A stretch of 64,000 nucleotides of DNA from Vicugna vicugna (lineage: Eukaryota), in contig MU058667.1 of NCBI GenBank assembly GCA_013265495.1, positions 186,001-250,000 on the forward strand, in the 5' to 3' direction. This document shows, one piece after another, positions 1 through 13,785 of the stretch (positions within the stretch are counted from its first letter, which is position 1; each line of letters starts with the position of its first letter). A model generated the notes under the pieces. The model was not told where the DNA came from and ran no database searches. It saw only the letters and a list, made by a program, of their open reading frames with translations. Both the position numbers and the translations under genes were made by a program.

Positions 1-98
1 TGACATATAACATTATGTTAGTTTCAGGTGTAGAACTCAACGATTCGATATTGATACATACTGCAAAATGATTACCACAGTAAGTCTAGCTAACAATT
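1..98 (-). mobile_element. L1 3'-end fragment (L1MA-like), runs off window start
   Basis: tgacatataacattatgttagtttcaggtgta...atgattaccacagtaagtctag is a typical antisense L1 3'UTR terminus. Confidence 0.65.
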
Positions 99-349
99 AC
101 TAGGCAATAGTTATTTTAAAGAGAGAAATTAATGACCAGTAAACAGAGTGTTTAATGACTGCTGAACAGAATGAGTTGTATAATCTATTCAGATCCAATG
201 ATTAGGGTACTAAAAACTTAGTTCAGCGTAATGTACCCCTTTTTCTCAACTCCGATAATTGCTTTGATAGATTTCTAAAAAAAATGATAAAGTGATTATT
301 AAGTCACATTGATGCTTAGTCTCATTCTGTCTCTTAAAATTATTTGCAG

Positions 350-383
350 GAGAGGGCTGCTCACAATTTATATGGCCAACTTG
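350..383 (+). CDS. TMEM135: TMEM135 internal coding exon (34 nt; probably exon 4), encodes (R)RGLLTIYMANL
   Basis: Acceptor ttatttgcAG|G at 349/350 and donor TTG|GTAAGT at 383/384. G AGA GGG CTG CTC ACA ATT TAT ATG GCC AAC TTG = RGLLTIYMANL matches recalled human TMEM135 ...[25 protein letters not shown]... and joins in frame to the exon at 46991. Exon number is from recall. Confidence 0.93.
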
Positions 384-1629
384 GTAAGTAATTCTTTTTT
401 GTTTTGCTTTTGAGGTTTCTCCATGTGCTTTTTTTTAACCTCTTTTTTTTTTTTAAATCAAGTTCCCTTACAAGAGAAGGGAAAACCCCTTAAATTTGAG
501 AATATTTTCTGTGTCTGTTTTTAAAGAACAGACTTAAATGTTTAAAATAGCCTTGCTGCTATCTCGTTCACTCCCATCACATGGACTGAATTGCACTTAT
601 TTCAGGAGGAAAGTGATTCACTGCCCTGTGCCCTTCATGATTCTTTTCTTTTAAGCTTAGATCTTCGTCTTTGATAGGATATATATCTGTATCTGTATCC
701 CTCTCTTTTTCTGTCTTTAATTTCATTTCATGCTCTGCTTCTATTGCTAACTTCTTACAGGAAAAATGATTTAAGGATGAGCTTTTATGATGTACATTCT
801 TCTTGGACATCAGAATAGCATTGATTCTACCTCCAAATACTGAGTATGTTTAATAATATAATTAGCCAGTCTTCTAAATTGTTAAGTTTACAGAATTGAC
901 ATTACTGTCTAGTTTGATGTGCTTTATGGTAAGTAAATAATCAAGGTTATGTAATTTTCATTGCCAAATTTGTGTTTTAAAAAACATATCTATATTAAAA
1001 TCTTTCAGAATTGTTTAATGGAATTGATAGTAAACATTGAAAAATTCAATTAAGAAAAGAGAAATAATTATTTACCTAAGGATAGGTTTTTGAATTCTGT
1101 AGCAAGAGAGTTATATTTAGCAGCTTAATTTCAGTTCTAAAATATTTAATTTTTACTCTGTGCTTACCATGTATCAGTGACTGTGCTGTGTGCTGGAAGG
1201 CACGCTAGAGACAGTCCTTGTACTCCAGGAATTTGCTATTGGGTAGAGTAGAAATAATGTCTGAAGAGGGCTGAAAGATGAATCAAAGGGTGCCCTGGAA
1301 ACTGTAATAGTAGCATCAAACTATTTCAGGTGCTGCCTTCCTTTCTTTTTTGTAAAAAAAACTTTGAAAATTATGTCTGCATACTAGAATGCATTTGAGT
1401 TTTAATGCATTTTTTTCCCTTTAGTCATGCACCTGCTTTCCTATGCTACCACATGGTGATACTTTAATACCCAAACGTTATATGTATTTATACATTTACC
1501 TTTAGGTTCTCCGTAAACTTCCATAAACTATTTTTATGTTCCTTGATTTAGATTGTAAATACCTGGAGAGAAGATACTTGATTTTGATTGATATGATCAA
1601 TGTTGGAAAGTACCCTAAAATTACTGTAT

Positions 1630-2325
1630 TTTTTTAGACTTTTTATTTTGAAATAATCATAGGTTGATATTGCAGTTGTAAGAAATAATAGAGAAATATC
1701 ATTTTCTCTCTACCTAATTTTCCACAACAGTATTATCTTTAAAAAAATGTTAATAGTAGCAAAATTAGGACATTTACATTATTTACTGTGGTCAAGACAG
1801 AGAACACTTCCTTCACTGGCATTCTTCACGCTGCCCTTTTGTAGTTACATTCACTTCTCTCTCACTCTAACCTCTATCGCCCAACCTCTGGCAACCACTA
1901 TTTATTCTTTATTTCTATAATTCTGTAATTTCTACAGTCATTTCAAGAATGTTATATAAATAGAATTATATAGTACCTACTATTTGTCATTGTCTATTTT
2001 CACTCAACATAATTCTCTGGAGATTCATTCAAGCTGTTAGGCTTATCAGTAGTTTGTTCCTTTTTATTGCTAAGTAATATTCCATGGTATGGCTGTACTA
2101 GCTTATTTAACTGTTCACCCATTGAAGGGCATCTGGCTTGTTTCTGTTTTTTGGCTATTAAAAATAAAGCTGCTATAAATATCCATGTGCAGGGTTTTGT
2201 GTGAACATGAGTTTTTATTTCTCTGGGATAAATGCCCAGGAGTGCACTTGCCAGGTGGTATGGCAGATGAATGTTTAGTTTTTAAAGGAACTATTAAAAT
2301 GTTTTCCAGAGTCACTGTACTATGT
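1630..2325 (-). mobile_element. Old L1 3' end (L1MC/MB-like)
   Basis: ttttattttgaaataat...ctggcaaccacta...ctctggagattcattcaag...ctgctataaatatccatgtgcagg...ctctgggataaatgcccaggagtg; degenerate ORF2 C-terminus in the 2115..2378 ORF. Confidence 0.8.
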
Positions 2326-5219
2326 TGTTTTGATAGTATTTCAATTGTAGAGTAAACCTTTGAATTGTGTTCTTTCAAAATGGAAAATTTCTTGTGTGTG
2401 TTAGGGGAGTGATAACATATCTAAGTAGATTTGTATTTTTTATGTCCAGATTAATACATTTCAGTATTAGTAAAGTTTTTCAGAAAATGTAGTATATGAA
2501 TTGGCATTTTATCTTTTGTCAGCCGGTTTTAAAGGGTCTATAATTTAAAAACTTAATGAGATCGAAGGCTTTACACATGGACTTTACTATGTCCAAAGGA
2601 AAGTAAATTTTGTACATGATCTGTTCTGGATACTAATGATAATCTTAGTATCTTCATACTTCCCCTTCTCTAAATAGAGCCTTTTATTTTTACTATTGCT
2701 GTGTAACTATTGCTATAGTAAGATGGTGATTAGTGCAGAATAGATAAGACTTTAAATATTTTCAGAGACTGAAAATAGCCTTAAGAAATAATTTTATTCT
2801 ATAACTCTGTTACATCGCTCACTACACTAAGCTGAGATTGTTGTCTTATTTTAACATCAACAATGAAAATTCTAAATTTTGGGAGGTTTTAAGAAAAGTA
2901 TTTAGGTTTGTGTTTCTGATTTGGAAAGTACAGAAAAGCCTGAAGAAGAAAGTGAAAATCATCTGTAATTTTACTGTGTAGTAATTACTTAACATTTTCA
3001 TTTTTTGTATTCCCTTCCCTTTCCTCCAGTGTACATACATAAATGCACACAAATAGATGCACATTCACATTACCCATTATATACCCATTAAAAAATTGGA
3101 GGCATATTGTTTTGTGACATCTTTTGTTACTATGCCATACAATTTTAATTGCTCATAGTATTAAATAATCATTTTTTAGGGGGTCTAATCCTACCTTTTC
3201 ACATACTTCTTGGTAATATTTTTATTACAGTGGGTTGGTTTTATACATATACATGTATACACAGTCCCACTGAAAATGCTGGGAGATAATAAAATACTGT
3301 TTGTTCATAATGGTATCATTTTGTTAGTTTTGGCTGTGACAGCTACCCATTCCTTAATTATTTTGACCAGAAAATGTCAAAGGCATTGCCATGCCTTTGA
3401 ATGAATACCTGATAGAGAAATATGCAAAACTGGCTTCATACTGTCTTTATCATCTTTGTCTTTATTTTTATCAGGGACCAATTATTGAGTGCAAAACACT
3501 TTGGTAGGTATTTGGACACAAGTATCAGCCATAATTCTATCCTTGAAATTAATTTAGTTGAGGGAACAAGATATATCTAGATCTGAATTTTAGATGAATA
3601 GGTAATAAATAGTCCAAGACAGTAATATCCATGTCAAATATGTGGTTAGACAGTACAGTCTTTATAATTTTAGAAAAGGGAGTTAGCTTTGGGCTGGGGA
3701 AATCAGAGAAGGTTTTATGAATCACGTGGGACTTGAACCTCGAGGAAAGGAGAGGACTTGGAGGTAGCTGCATCTTAGGGACGTGACACTGGTGATCACA
3801 GGACAAAATTCTTGCCTTTCCGAGGATTGCAGGTTGAGGCCAAGTTTTAGGAAGAAACAAAGAATAAGCAACATTTGATGATTATCGACTATTTAGGCAC
3901 TGTTGGTAAAATTGGGGTTACCAAAATGAACAAGGTATAGTCCTTGCTTCCAAAGACCTTATACTTTACTGGGGGAGAGAGTTGTAAACCAGTGGAAGTA
4001 AACCTCATCTGTGTTTTTTTGTTTTTGTTTTTTAACGTTGATAGTTGTCTCAAAACAGAAAACAGAACAGTGCTTATACTATGTAGCTGTGAATATAAAT
4101 GTTGCTAATTGTGTTTATGTTAGTATCATAGGAAGCAGGTGACGAGCTATGTACTCTGAATAAGAGACATCTCTATTAATACTTCAGTTTTTATAAAAAA
4201 AAATCTGTCAAGCTACTTTTATTATTCATGATATCTGTCAGTAAGCCCTGGTGAGTCTCAGTTATTAGATCTAAGTTTTTGGCCTCAGTGATTAATGAGC
4301 AGTTTTAAAAATTACCAAGTCTTAAAATTTAATTAAAATTAATTTAGTTAAACGACATCTGAAAATGTCAGTCTTTCTTGTTACATGTTAGCATATTTTG
4401 AAAGGAAAAGTGTACTGTACAGTTTTTTAAGATTTTTATAATTGATAGAGACTTAGTTGTTAAAGGGCAAAATGTATAAAAGTTAGGCAGAAAAGGTATG
4501 ACACAAAGAATTAAATATTTTCTCTGGCTTCTGCCCAAGATATGGCTATAAAGTGATAGAAATGTTTTCCTGGGGCTAATACGCCAGAACCAATTACCCA
4601 CAAGAACACCAGCTGCTAGGATTCAGCCTTGCACAGTATGATTCAAAAGAGAACACAGAAGAGTCTACATTTACATGACTTCCCTTTATTTATGTTGGTT
4701 GTGACAATGACTGAGGATTCTAGTCTTTCAAAATTCATTATATGCTGCTAACAGTTATTTAAGATGCGATGTCAAGAGTAGTTCATTTCTGTTTAGTTTA
4801 ATTATAGTTTATGACATTTAAAAATCTTTCTTTGTAAGTTCTTTTGAAAACTTCTGTCTACAGTTTCATTTATGCACTGGGCATTCAACAATGCATGCAT
4901 TTTAAAATTGTAAACATATATCTAGCAGGCTTGTCTCTAGCATTTTTTTTTAATTTTAAACACACAATGTCTGTGATTAAAACATGTGTATTTGATTTTT
5001 CACATAAGGTTTGAAAATGTTGATTCATATGTTTTCTTGTAAGGCCACTTCAATTTAATTAGATTTAGCAGGTAGTTATTATGTATCAGCTGTGCTGGGC
5101 ACATGAGGATACAAAGGAAATACAAAACGGACTATAAACTAGTTGGAGAAATTTGATGGATGAACTTGAAAAAAATAAACTGAAAGTATTAAATTCAAAA
5201 AACAATTATAAATACTTTC

Positions 5220-6080
5220 TCTCAAATTGCCCCCCTAAGCTTTCCTTTTGCAGCAAATGGCATCAACCATCCATCCAGTTGCTCAGGCCAAAAACTTAGG
5301 AGTTTTAACTCTTTTCTCCTTACACCTTTGGTCCAGTCCATAACGAAATCTTATTCTACTTTGAAAATATACTCTGGATCATACAGTGACTCATTACCTA
5401 CACAGTTATAACCACAGTCTGAGCCCCAGCATCTCTTGCCTGAGCTATCTGAATAGTATAACTGGTTTACATCTTCCCACCCTTGCCTTCTTATACAGCC
5501 TGTTTTCCACAGCCATCAGAGTCGTGGAAATGCAAATATAGAGTTTATCGATCTTCTGCTGAAAATTCAGAAGAGCCTTCCCTTCCCACTTCTCACTGCA
5601 CCCCGAATACAATTCAAATGTCTCACAAAGCCACTACCTCTCTGACTCTGTCTACTGTTTCTTCTCGTTCTTTCCACTGGATTTCTTTTTGTCTGTGGAA
5701 TGCTTGAAGCTTGTTATTCCTTTATAGCCTAGCACTTGCTTTTCTTTTTGCTTAGAAATCTCTTTCCTTAGATTTTTCTTGGCTGCCATCTTTTCCTTAT
5801 GTCATTCTTAACCCAGTGTCACCTCCTGAGAGAGCCCTTCCTTACTCGCATAGTTAAAGCGGCTTCCCCTCACCCCTCTAACTCATAATCTTATCTTTTT
5901 TTCATGGCACTTATAAGTACTGAAATTTTCTTACTTGTTTGTTAAGTTGTCTTTCTTCCCTCACTGTATATAAGTTGCTTAAGGGCAAGGACTCTTGCTT
6001 GTTCACTGACATTTCCCTATTACCTATAAAGAGTGTTTAGAATATAATGTATGCTGAAATGAACAATTTTGAATGAATGG
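5220..6080 (+). mobile_element. LINE-2 3' portion
   Basis: ccatccatccagttgctcaggccaaaaacttaggag...gtcacctcctgagagagcccttcc...agggcaaggactcttgcttgttcactg... ending gaatgaatg. Confidence 0.75.
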
Positions 6081-6719
6081 AGATTGGGAACAAATACCTT
6101 GGAAAATGGCAAAGCTGAGAGAGAATGACCCTTCTCTCTGTTGGTGAATAAAATATCTCTTCTTTCCCTACCCCAATCTGTTAGCCTTGAGACCCAAGTC
6201 CTTTAGGCCAAGTAAATTACCTTGTTTTCCCAGAGGAAGGTAAACAAAGGGGCAAGTGGATCTGTCCTCAGTTGAGTTCCTGAGCTAGTAGATTCCTTTG
6301 TTGGAAGCTTTCTTACAAGTACCAGGATTAGGGCTAATATTCCTCTCTCTGTTCTTACTCTGACTCTTTCAGTCACACTGAGGAATGTGTTTCTGGTACC
6401 CAGTATAACATTAGGCAATGTTGAGCTCTTCATTTTGTAGAAGCTGAGATACTTTGCTATCCAAGGTGAATAGGTTCCTTAAAGTTGCCATGGTCTTCTT
6501 GATCACAGAGGCACACATACAGGGGGACTTGTGAGTGTGAAAAGGGGAATTATTAGAGACTCTCTCTTATTTTTTTTATTGGACAATTTCATACTGTAAT
6601 TTGAAGATCTGCCCATATTGTTAGTATTATTTACTTTGAACTTGACACCCTATTTTCAAGACCTGTGTGTGTTGCTTCTGACTGCTGCATAGTGTGCTAG
6701 AATATCCATCCCCTGTATG

Positions 6720-7010
6720 TACTTTATAACAGCTTTATTGAGATATAAGTTACATACCATAAAATTTACCCCTTTGTGCTAAAAACCACTGGAATGTAAA
6801 CTTCATTCACAGAGTGGCTTTTAATACATTCACAGAGTTGTGCAACCATTATCACTCTAATTTTAGCATACTTTGTCTGCTACATTTTACATGTTCATTC
6901 TTCCAGTGAGAGATATTCAGGTTGCTTCTAGCATCTCGATATCACAAACAGTATGGTGCTAGACATCGTTGTACATGACTGTTTTGTGAATTTCTCTGGG
7001 TGTGCATGGA
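6720..7010 (-). mobile_element. Old L1 3'-end fragments (L1MB/ME-like)
   Basis: aacagctttattgagatataagttacataccataaaatttaccc...cacagagttgtgcaaccattatcac. Confidence 0.65.
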
Positions 7011-7539
7011 TGAAAGCTAAGAAGATGGATTTTAGATCATATACTTTCTGATAAAAGGGCAGAATGGTTTGGAATGTGAGAAAATATCATTATTCTAGTT
7101 GCCATTTGGAGGCAGGTTTATTGGTACTTCAGGCAATAATTCTGCCTTACACTTCTTTGTCCTGTGTTTCTATCTGAGTAAGTTAATTATTCCTCCTAAG
7201 GATTTCAGGTTTGGAGGTTGACTTTGAAACTAGTAGGTTCTCTGCTATAAGTGGCTTGAAGGACCACCACAGGGTCAATTAGGCCAGAAGAAAAAAGGGT
7301 GCAGTTTTCCTTTGGGCATGAGTTTTTATCATAACTAGTCAGTCTCTATACACCTTTATTTTCTGTTTGCCTTATAAAGATAATACCAAATATATGTCAA
7401 AAAATTGAAAAGCAAATGTAAAGAAAAATTACTTAAAAAAAGCAGATGTGAAGGAGCAGAAATTTACATGGGACTATAAATAAAAGAGACAAAGGAGAAC
7501 AGCATATGAGAGAAGAAAATGGAAAATAAAAAGCAACCC

Positions 7540-8170
7540 ACATAGTAAACATTTGGCTTTTGTTGGTGCCTGGAGGGAGGTGTGGCTCCTCTTTGCTGCT
7601 GGGTGGTCATGATCTGCACTGACAGCCCTCGTGGGGACAGGGGAGCAGAGGCCCAGTTCCAGCTGGTGGTGGGGATGCAAGTCTCGTCTCTCAACTTGGT
7701 CTCCCCTGACTCCTCCCCACTGAGGGTGTTAGGGTGCCCTGTTATAGCCTCGTGAGGGCAGAAGTCTAGGCTCTCCACTTGGTCACTGCTGGTGGGGTTG
7801 GGCCACAGTTTTTTCCTGTGGTGTTTACCTGGAGTAGAGTGGTTATGGTCTAAATGTTTCTGTTTTGATAGGCTGCCCTTTTCCTGGTCCTTTAGGAAGA
7901 CAGAGCAGGCTTCTGCCTGTGCCTGTTAGCATTTCTGGCTTGCAGGCTTCTTCAGCTCCAAGACTGGGATATACAAGGCAAAAAGAAACCCAGGTACTCA
8001 CCCCCATGCCAGTCTTTGGATCTCAAGGTCTCTAGATGGTCCACCTTCTTCTTTCCACCTTGCAGTCTTTAAATGTTTGTTTTATATATAACGTCCACGG
8101 TTTTTAGTTGTAATTAATGGGAGAAATAGGCAAAGTATGTATACCTGATCTTCCCGGAAGCAGAAGTCCT
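7540..8170 (-). mobile_element. Old L1 5'UTR fragment (L1M-type 5' end)
   Basis: GC-richer block ending atcttcccggaagcagaagtcc, the characteristic antisense 5' terminus of old L1M elements. Confidence 0.6.
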
Positions 8171-8339
8171 TCACATACAATTTTTGTGTAGTAGTCAGAA
8201 ATAATCAAGTACGCAAGGGAACAAGGCACAAAGATCAAGATTTGCCAGAAAAAATAACAGACACGGACCTTCAAGACTACATGTATTAGAATTATCTGAA
8301 AATGTGAAAAACGAGTGTGTTTAAATGTTTAACATAAAA

Positions 8340-10262
8340 GATGACTTCTGATTCAGGTCAGATTGGAATAACAGGAAACAGATTTACTTTTCTGCCTGAA
8401 ACAACAAAAATAATTGAAACAACAGTTCTTAAGACATTGTACCTTAAGCAGTGAAGGATGGTGACCCCTGAAATGTTAGACGCTAGTGAGATGAGCCCTG
8501 TGATTGCTTGGCTTCCTACCTGGAGAGCATTGCTAGGCCAGGGAGCAGGAATGTGGAACTGGGGCAGAGCCTGGCTCTGTCCTGGGGTTGGCAAGGCACA
8601 GCTAGGAGTCCAGGGAGACATGGTGGCTAGAGTTTGCATGTAGCAGAGGAGAAAGGGAGAGAGCTCCCGTGGTGTACAGAGGGTCGCAGAGTACTCAGCT
8701 CAGTTCTGATCAGTGCGTGCATGTGAGAAATCTACCTGAAGCTGGGGAAAGAACCAGCCAAACCCACTAGAGGGAAAAGTCCTCTGAGCTCATGCAGGGC
8801 TAGGGATAGTTGCTATTCCCACCGTTGAGGGTAGAAGATTTAATAATTCACGGGGCAATGGGAAGATTATTTAGAATAAGGGTTTTTACCTCAGTGTGGG
8901 GCAGAGGTTAGTCCTACACTAAACACTGTTCTGGCCTCAAATTAAAAAGAAGGAAAAAAAGCAAGGTGTGAAAGGATCTATATCTGCAAAGGAATCTAAT
9001 CTAGATAAAATCTATGTTAGTATAAAAAATATACAGCACCCAACAAGGTAAAATTTACAATGTCTGGCATACAATAAAAAATTACTAGGCATGAAAAGGA
9101 TCAGGAAAATATGACCCATAATGATGAGAAAAATCAAACATTTGAAATCAACGCAGAAGTGACACCTACGACAGTATCAGTAGACAAGGCATTAAGACAG
9201 TAATGTTACTGTATTCCATATACTCAAGAAGCTAGGGGAAATATTAAGCATGTTAAGCAGAGATATGGAAGATAGAAAAAAAACCCCAAAATAAACTTCT
9301 AGAGATGAAAGCTATAAAACCTGAGATGAAAAATACACAGCATAGGATTAATGGCATGGCAGACTTGTCAGAAGAAAAAGATTACTGAACCTAAAGGCAT
9401 AACAATAGAAACTACCCAAAATGAAACACCAAGGGAAAAATTTTAAAACTGTGAACAGAATATTAGTGACCTTATAGGATAACTTGAATTGGCCCAATAT
9501 GCATACAGCTGGAGTTGCTACAAGAGAGACGGTGTGTGGTCAGGAAAACATTTGGAGAAATAATGGCTAAAAATGTCCCAAACTTGATGAAAACTCTAAA
9601 CTCTTATCCAAGAACCTAGATAAACCTCAAACACAAGGAACATGAAGGAAATTAATCACGTTATAGTCAGTTAAACCAGTGATAAAGAGAAAATCTTGAA
9701 AGAGAAATATCTTATACAGATGAACAGAAATTATAGTGACAGCAAATTTGAAGAAGAAACAGATAACCTGATCAGCCCTGCATTTATTAAAGATATTGGA
9801 TTTGTAATGAAAAGCCTTTTCCCAAAGAAAATTCCATGCCTAGGTAGCTTCCCTGTTGAGTTTTAATATTTAAAGAAGAATTAATACCAATTCTACTCAT
9901 TTCACTCAAACTGTATCAGAAAGTTGAAGAGAGATAATCACTTCCAGATTTGTTGTGAGACCAGCATAATTTTGATACCAAAACAAGACAGAGACATTAC
10001 AAGGAAACTACAGACTTAGTATCCTTCATGCATTTAGATACAATATTCTTAGCAAAATTTTAGCAAATCAATCCAGTATTATATTAAAAAAATAATATAC
10101 CATGACCAAGTGAGGTTTAGCCCGGGCATTAAAGTGTAGCTTAACATTCAGAAGTCAATGTAATTTATCATTTTACAGACTTAAAACATAAACATCTCAG
10201 TAGAGTCAGAAGAAACTTTTGACAAAACTCAACATCCATTTCTGATTAAAATTCTTATAAAA
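8340..10262 (+). mobile_element. Old L1 (5'UTR, ORF1 remnant, ORF2 RT fragment), internally deleted
   Basis: Starts gacttctgattcagg; A-rich ORF1-like segment (gaaataatggctaaaaatgtcccaaacttgatgaa); then ORF2-like ccagcataattttgataccaaaac...catgaccaagtgagg...tttgacaaaactcaacatccatt. Confidence 0.75.
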
Positions 10263-10267
10263 CTAGA

Positions 10268-10382
10268 TCAGTGGTGTTCAGTCAGGAGGAGTGATTTTGT
10301 ATCCTAGGAGTGATTGATATTGGCAATATCTGATCTGGAGATACTCTTGATTCTCATGACTTGAGTGAATGGTACTGGCATT
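10268..10382. mobile_element. MER20-like hAT DNA transposon fragment
   Basis: cagtggtgttcag...gtgattttg...ttggcaatatctg...ggagatac...catgact...tactggcat. Confidence 0.5.
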
Positions 10383-10388
10383 CATCAG

Positions 10389-10495
10389 TTTGAGTCCTGG
10401 TTTACCATTTACTAGCCTTTGTCTCAGTTTCCTCATCTGTCAAATGGAATAATTAATATATCACTTTTATAATTATTATAAAGATTACTATGATC
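10389..10495 (+). mobile_element. MIR fragment
   Basis: tttgagtcctgg...ccatttactag...tctcagtttcctcatctgtcaaatggaataat (MIR core). Confidence 0.7.
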
Positions 10496-11182
10496 CAAGA
10501 GAAATAAGAGGCCTTTAAACATAGCATTTCTTTACTGTGATAATCATTCTAAAAAATAAGAAAAGACAAGTAATTTAAAGAAATATTTGATTGCACATAG
10601 AGCTCTATTTTTTACTGCTTTTTAAGATATATGTGTATATACCTACATATGTGTAATTATGTTATACTAAAATGGTTAGCTTGTTAAGGATACACTTTAA
10701 CATTGTAGACATTGTTCCAAAAAGGAAATAATATCTGGGTTATTAGCACTGCATAGTCATTTTCATAATATGCGATTAGTTTCCCAAAATGCTTGCTTGA
10801 AAGCTGATGTGAAAGTAGGTTCTGGGACCCAGACCTGCCATAGATGCCTTATTTACTGGAGTCTAGGTGTTCACTTTCCTAGTTTTGCATTCTTTTACTA
10901 AATCTAGACTATACAAGTCATTGTTAATGAAGTCTGGAAGTATAACTGTTCTTAACATGGCTGTGGGGTGTTTATAGATCAGCACTAGGATGTGGCACTC
11001 TTAGCAAGGGAGAAGACAGAATAAACCTGAGTTTATTTTTTCCCTTCTCTTCGCTTTCCTTAAATAAGCCAAGAAATATTTGTTGAGGGTATATTTTTTG
11101 TCATGAATTTAAAGGGAAATAAAAGCAGTGTGATTTTTTTTAACCTTTCATATATTTAATTTATTTACTGTATTTTTTGTAT

Positions 11183-11224
11183 CTTTTTTCTTTTTCTTTT
11201 CTTTTTTTTTTTTTTTTTTTTTTT
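11183..11224 (+). repeat. T-rich tract ending in T23
   Basis: cttttttctttttcttttc followed by 23 T (11202-11224). Confidence 0.9.
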
Positions 11225-11960
11225 AAAATAAGCTCTTCAGAGTTTGGGATTTTGTTTTCTACTTCTGTCTTTCCTGTAGAAATAACCAGGATGCTTTGTA
11301 TTCAGTGACTAATACCTGCATAGTATCATGTTTATCTGTTGCTTTAAGAAATGCTTTTCCCATACTGTTTTTCATTTAACATACCAGAACCACCGTGTTA
11401 AATAGGCATGATAGCTTTCATTATCCATTTATAGATTATGAAAATGGAGTATGGAAGGATATGTGACTTCTGAACTCGTATTGATACATGATAAGGTAGT
11501 ATTGAAAACTCAGGTTTTAACTGGGTTTAGTGCTTTTTCTAGGCTACTGTATCCTACCTAAATGTTGTTGATTGATGACCTATTGATATCTAGACTTTAT
11601 AAATGGATATTAAGAAGCAATCCTTAAATGTGGCAACAGTTGCAGTACAGAGCACGATTGTTTTCATTTGTGGTCTTTTAATGAAGGTTAAATCTGGAGG
11701 TCTGGAATGTAATGATGGTATTTAAAAAAATTTAGCACTGCTATGACAGCTTTAGGCAGTAGCCTGGGATGTTAACTCAGTACACTTCTGTGTTAAATCA
11801 TTTTATGTCACTTTGGTCAAGAAGGTAAGCATTAATTGTATTTCTAGGAATTAAACTATTCAAGTGTGTTGCATGTTTAAGACCAAAGGGAAAGTAATTT
11901 ATGTTTATTTAGCCAATAATTTAAGTCCTTAAAAAACTTTTTACTAGTTTACTAAACTTT

Positions 11961-12189
11961 AAAAAAATTTCTTTTTATTGAAGTATAGTTGATTTGCAGT
12001 GTTGTGTTAGTTTCAGGTGTACAGCAAAATGATTCAGTTATATATATACATCTATATGTTCTTTTTCAGATTCTTTTCCATTATAGGTTATTACAAGATA
12101 TTGAATAGAGTTCCCTATGTATACAGTAGATCTTTGTTGTTTATTTTATATATATTAATCCCAAACTCCTAATTTATCTCCTCCCTGGC
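11961..12189 (-). mobile_element. Short L1 3'-end insertion with TSD
   Basis: tttttattgaagtatagttgatttgcagtgttgtgttagtttcaggtgtacagcaa...; direct repeat TTACTAAA(C/T)TTT at 11949-11960 and 12190-12201. Confidence 0.8.
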
Positions 12190-13599
12190 TTACTAAATTT
12201 TGTAGCTCCTAGTCATCTAACTACATTACTGGGTTTTTGTGATTTTTGTGTGTTTCTAGTACTTTGATATCCAACAATATGATTTAATGTAACATTTGAT
12301 CATTTTTAAAAATAGAAGCAAAGAACTATGACTTTTGTAGTGCGGTATTTATCATGCTCATTTCTGTTGAAAGATACAAATTTAATTACAAGGCTAAATA
12401 TCATCTTTTAATCATCTATATAAAATTATTAAAATACTTAAATCACCCTTAAAGGAAATTTAAAGGTAAGGAATAAAAACACATTTACTTATTCAAGGGC
12501 TTAAATACCTTAATTTTAAAATAATGCATTTTATGTTAAATTTTTTGGAGGGAAAGATATAGGTTCTCCATTTGCTAAATTATATGACTGAATGACGTAA
12601 TAAGAGGTGTCTGTGATTGTTTTTTCTATCAGTAACTCTTGTACCGTTTAGTGGTACCTCTTAGCAATTTTCATAAACATAATATGAGCTTAAACTGACA
12701 ATTAACTGTATTGCATGTTAGAAATGATACGCTGTTTGAGAAATTACATTTAGGTGTATCCTACAACATATAGGTTCTGGAATTATTTGCATTCTGGCGT
12801 AAGATACACTAATTGGTTCAATAAAGTGAGCAGTAAATGAAGAAATTTAAGAGAGATAAATGGGTTTAATGTGTAGGAGAAAAATAGCTCATTTGGAATA
12901 TGTCTCTAAGGCATGCCCTTCACACCTCTAATAACAATTAACAAAGTAGAGGATGAAAAGCCCTGGCCCAGCTTGTAAATGCCGTTTGGTGAAAGACAGT
13001 GGACTTTGCTGTTTTCATTTTGCTGAAAAAGTTACAGGAGGCAGGTAAGGACTACTTTTCCTAAAACTTGATCTTGTATTTGTGAAGAAGTATTTATTTA
13101 AAGAAAAGTAGAAAAAAAAAAGGGGGGAGGGGGTAGGAGAAAAAAAAGGCATTTACTCTAAAATGTAGTTTGGCCACAGGGACCTGAATCTGTCAGATCT
13201 GGCGTTTATTATTTTACATCTACATTTTTTTTGTTGTTTTTGTTCAATGTTTAATATAAATAGAAGTTCAATAAAGATATTTTAAAGATTTAACTCTGTT
13301 CTCTAAAACCAATAGTTGTGACAGGATCTGGTTTAATGTTAAATTGACTTTCTGTCCCTGAAAGTGTGGCAGCAACCTGGTACAGGTCGAGAGACAGAAA
13401 ACAGAAGAATGGAAGGCACACTGGTGTGGAACTGGCAGACTTAAATCCTGGTGTCAGTTTTCACACCAGTTAGTGTTCATGTTACTTGACTCTGTGGCCC
13501 CCGGTTTATTAGTCTGGGAACACTGAGATCTTTTCAGTACTTTCCAGTACCACTTCAGTGCTTTGTTTTTTTTATCACGAAGAAAGACTTTTGAGCCAC

Positions 13600-13785
13600 T
13601 GCTGCTTGCTTATTGGTTGTATGATGACCTTGGTCAAACCATTTTGTTTCTGCCTCCCCAATCTTTGCAGCTGTGAAACTGGGATCACAGTAGTGCCAAC
13701 ATCATGGAATAATATGGTGAAAATTAAATAAGCTGATGCATATAAAAGGCTTACTAGTGAATAAGAAGGTCTCAATAATGTTTGT
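13600..13785 (+). mobile_element. MIR
   Basis: gaccttggtcaa...ctgtgaaactgggatcacagtagtgcc...gtgaaaattaaataag...ctcaataatgtt. Confidence 0.6.

Noticed and set aside
12940..13050. Strong donor-like CAG|GTAAGG at 13044/13045, possible cryptic exon
   Set aside because: No convincing upstream polypyrimidine/AG acceptor and no match to TMEM135 protein; isolated donors are common in long introns.
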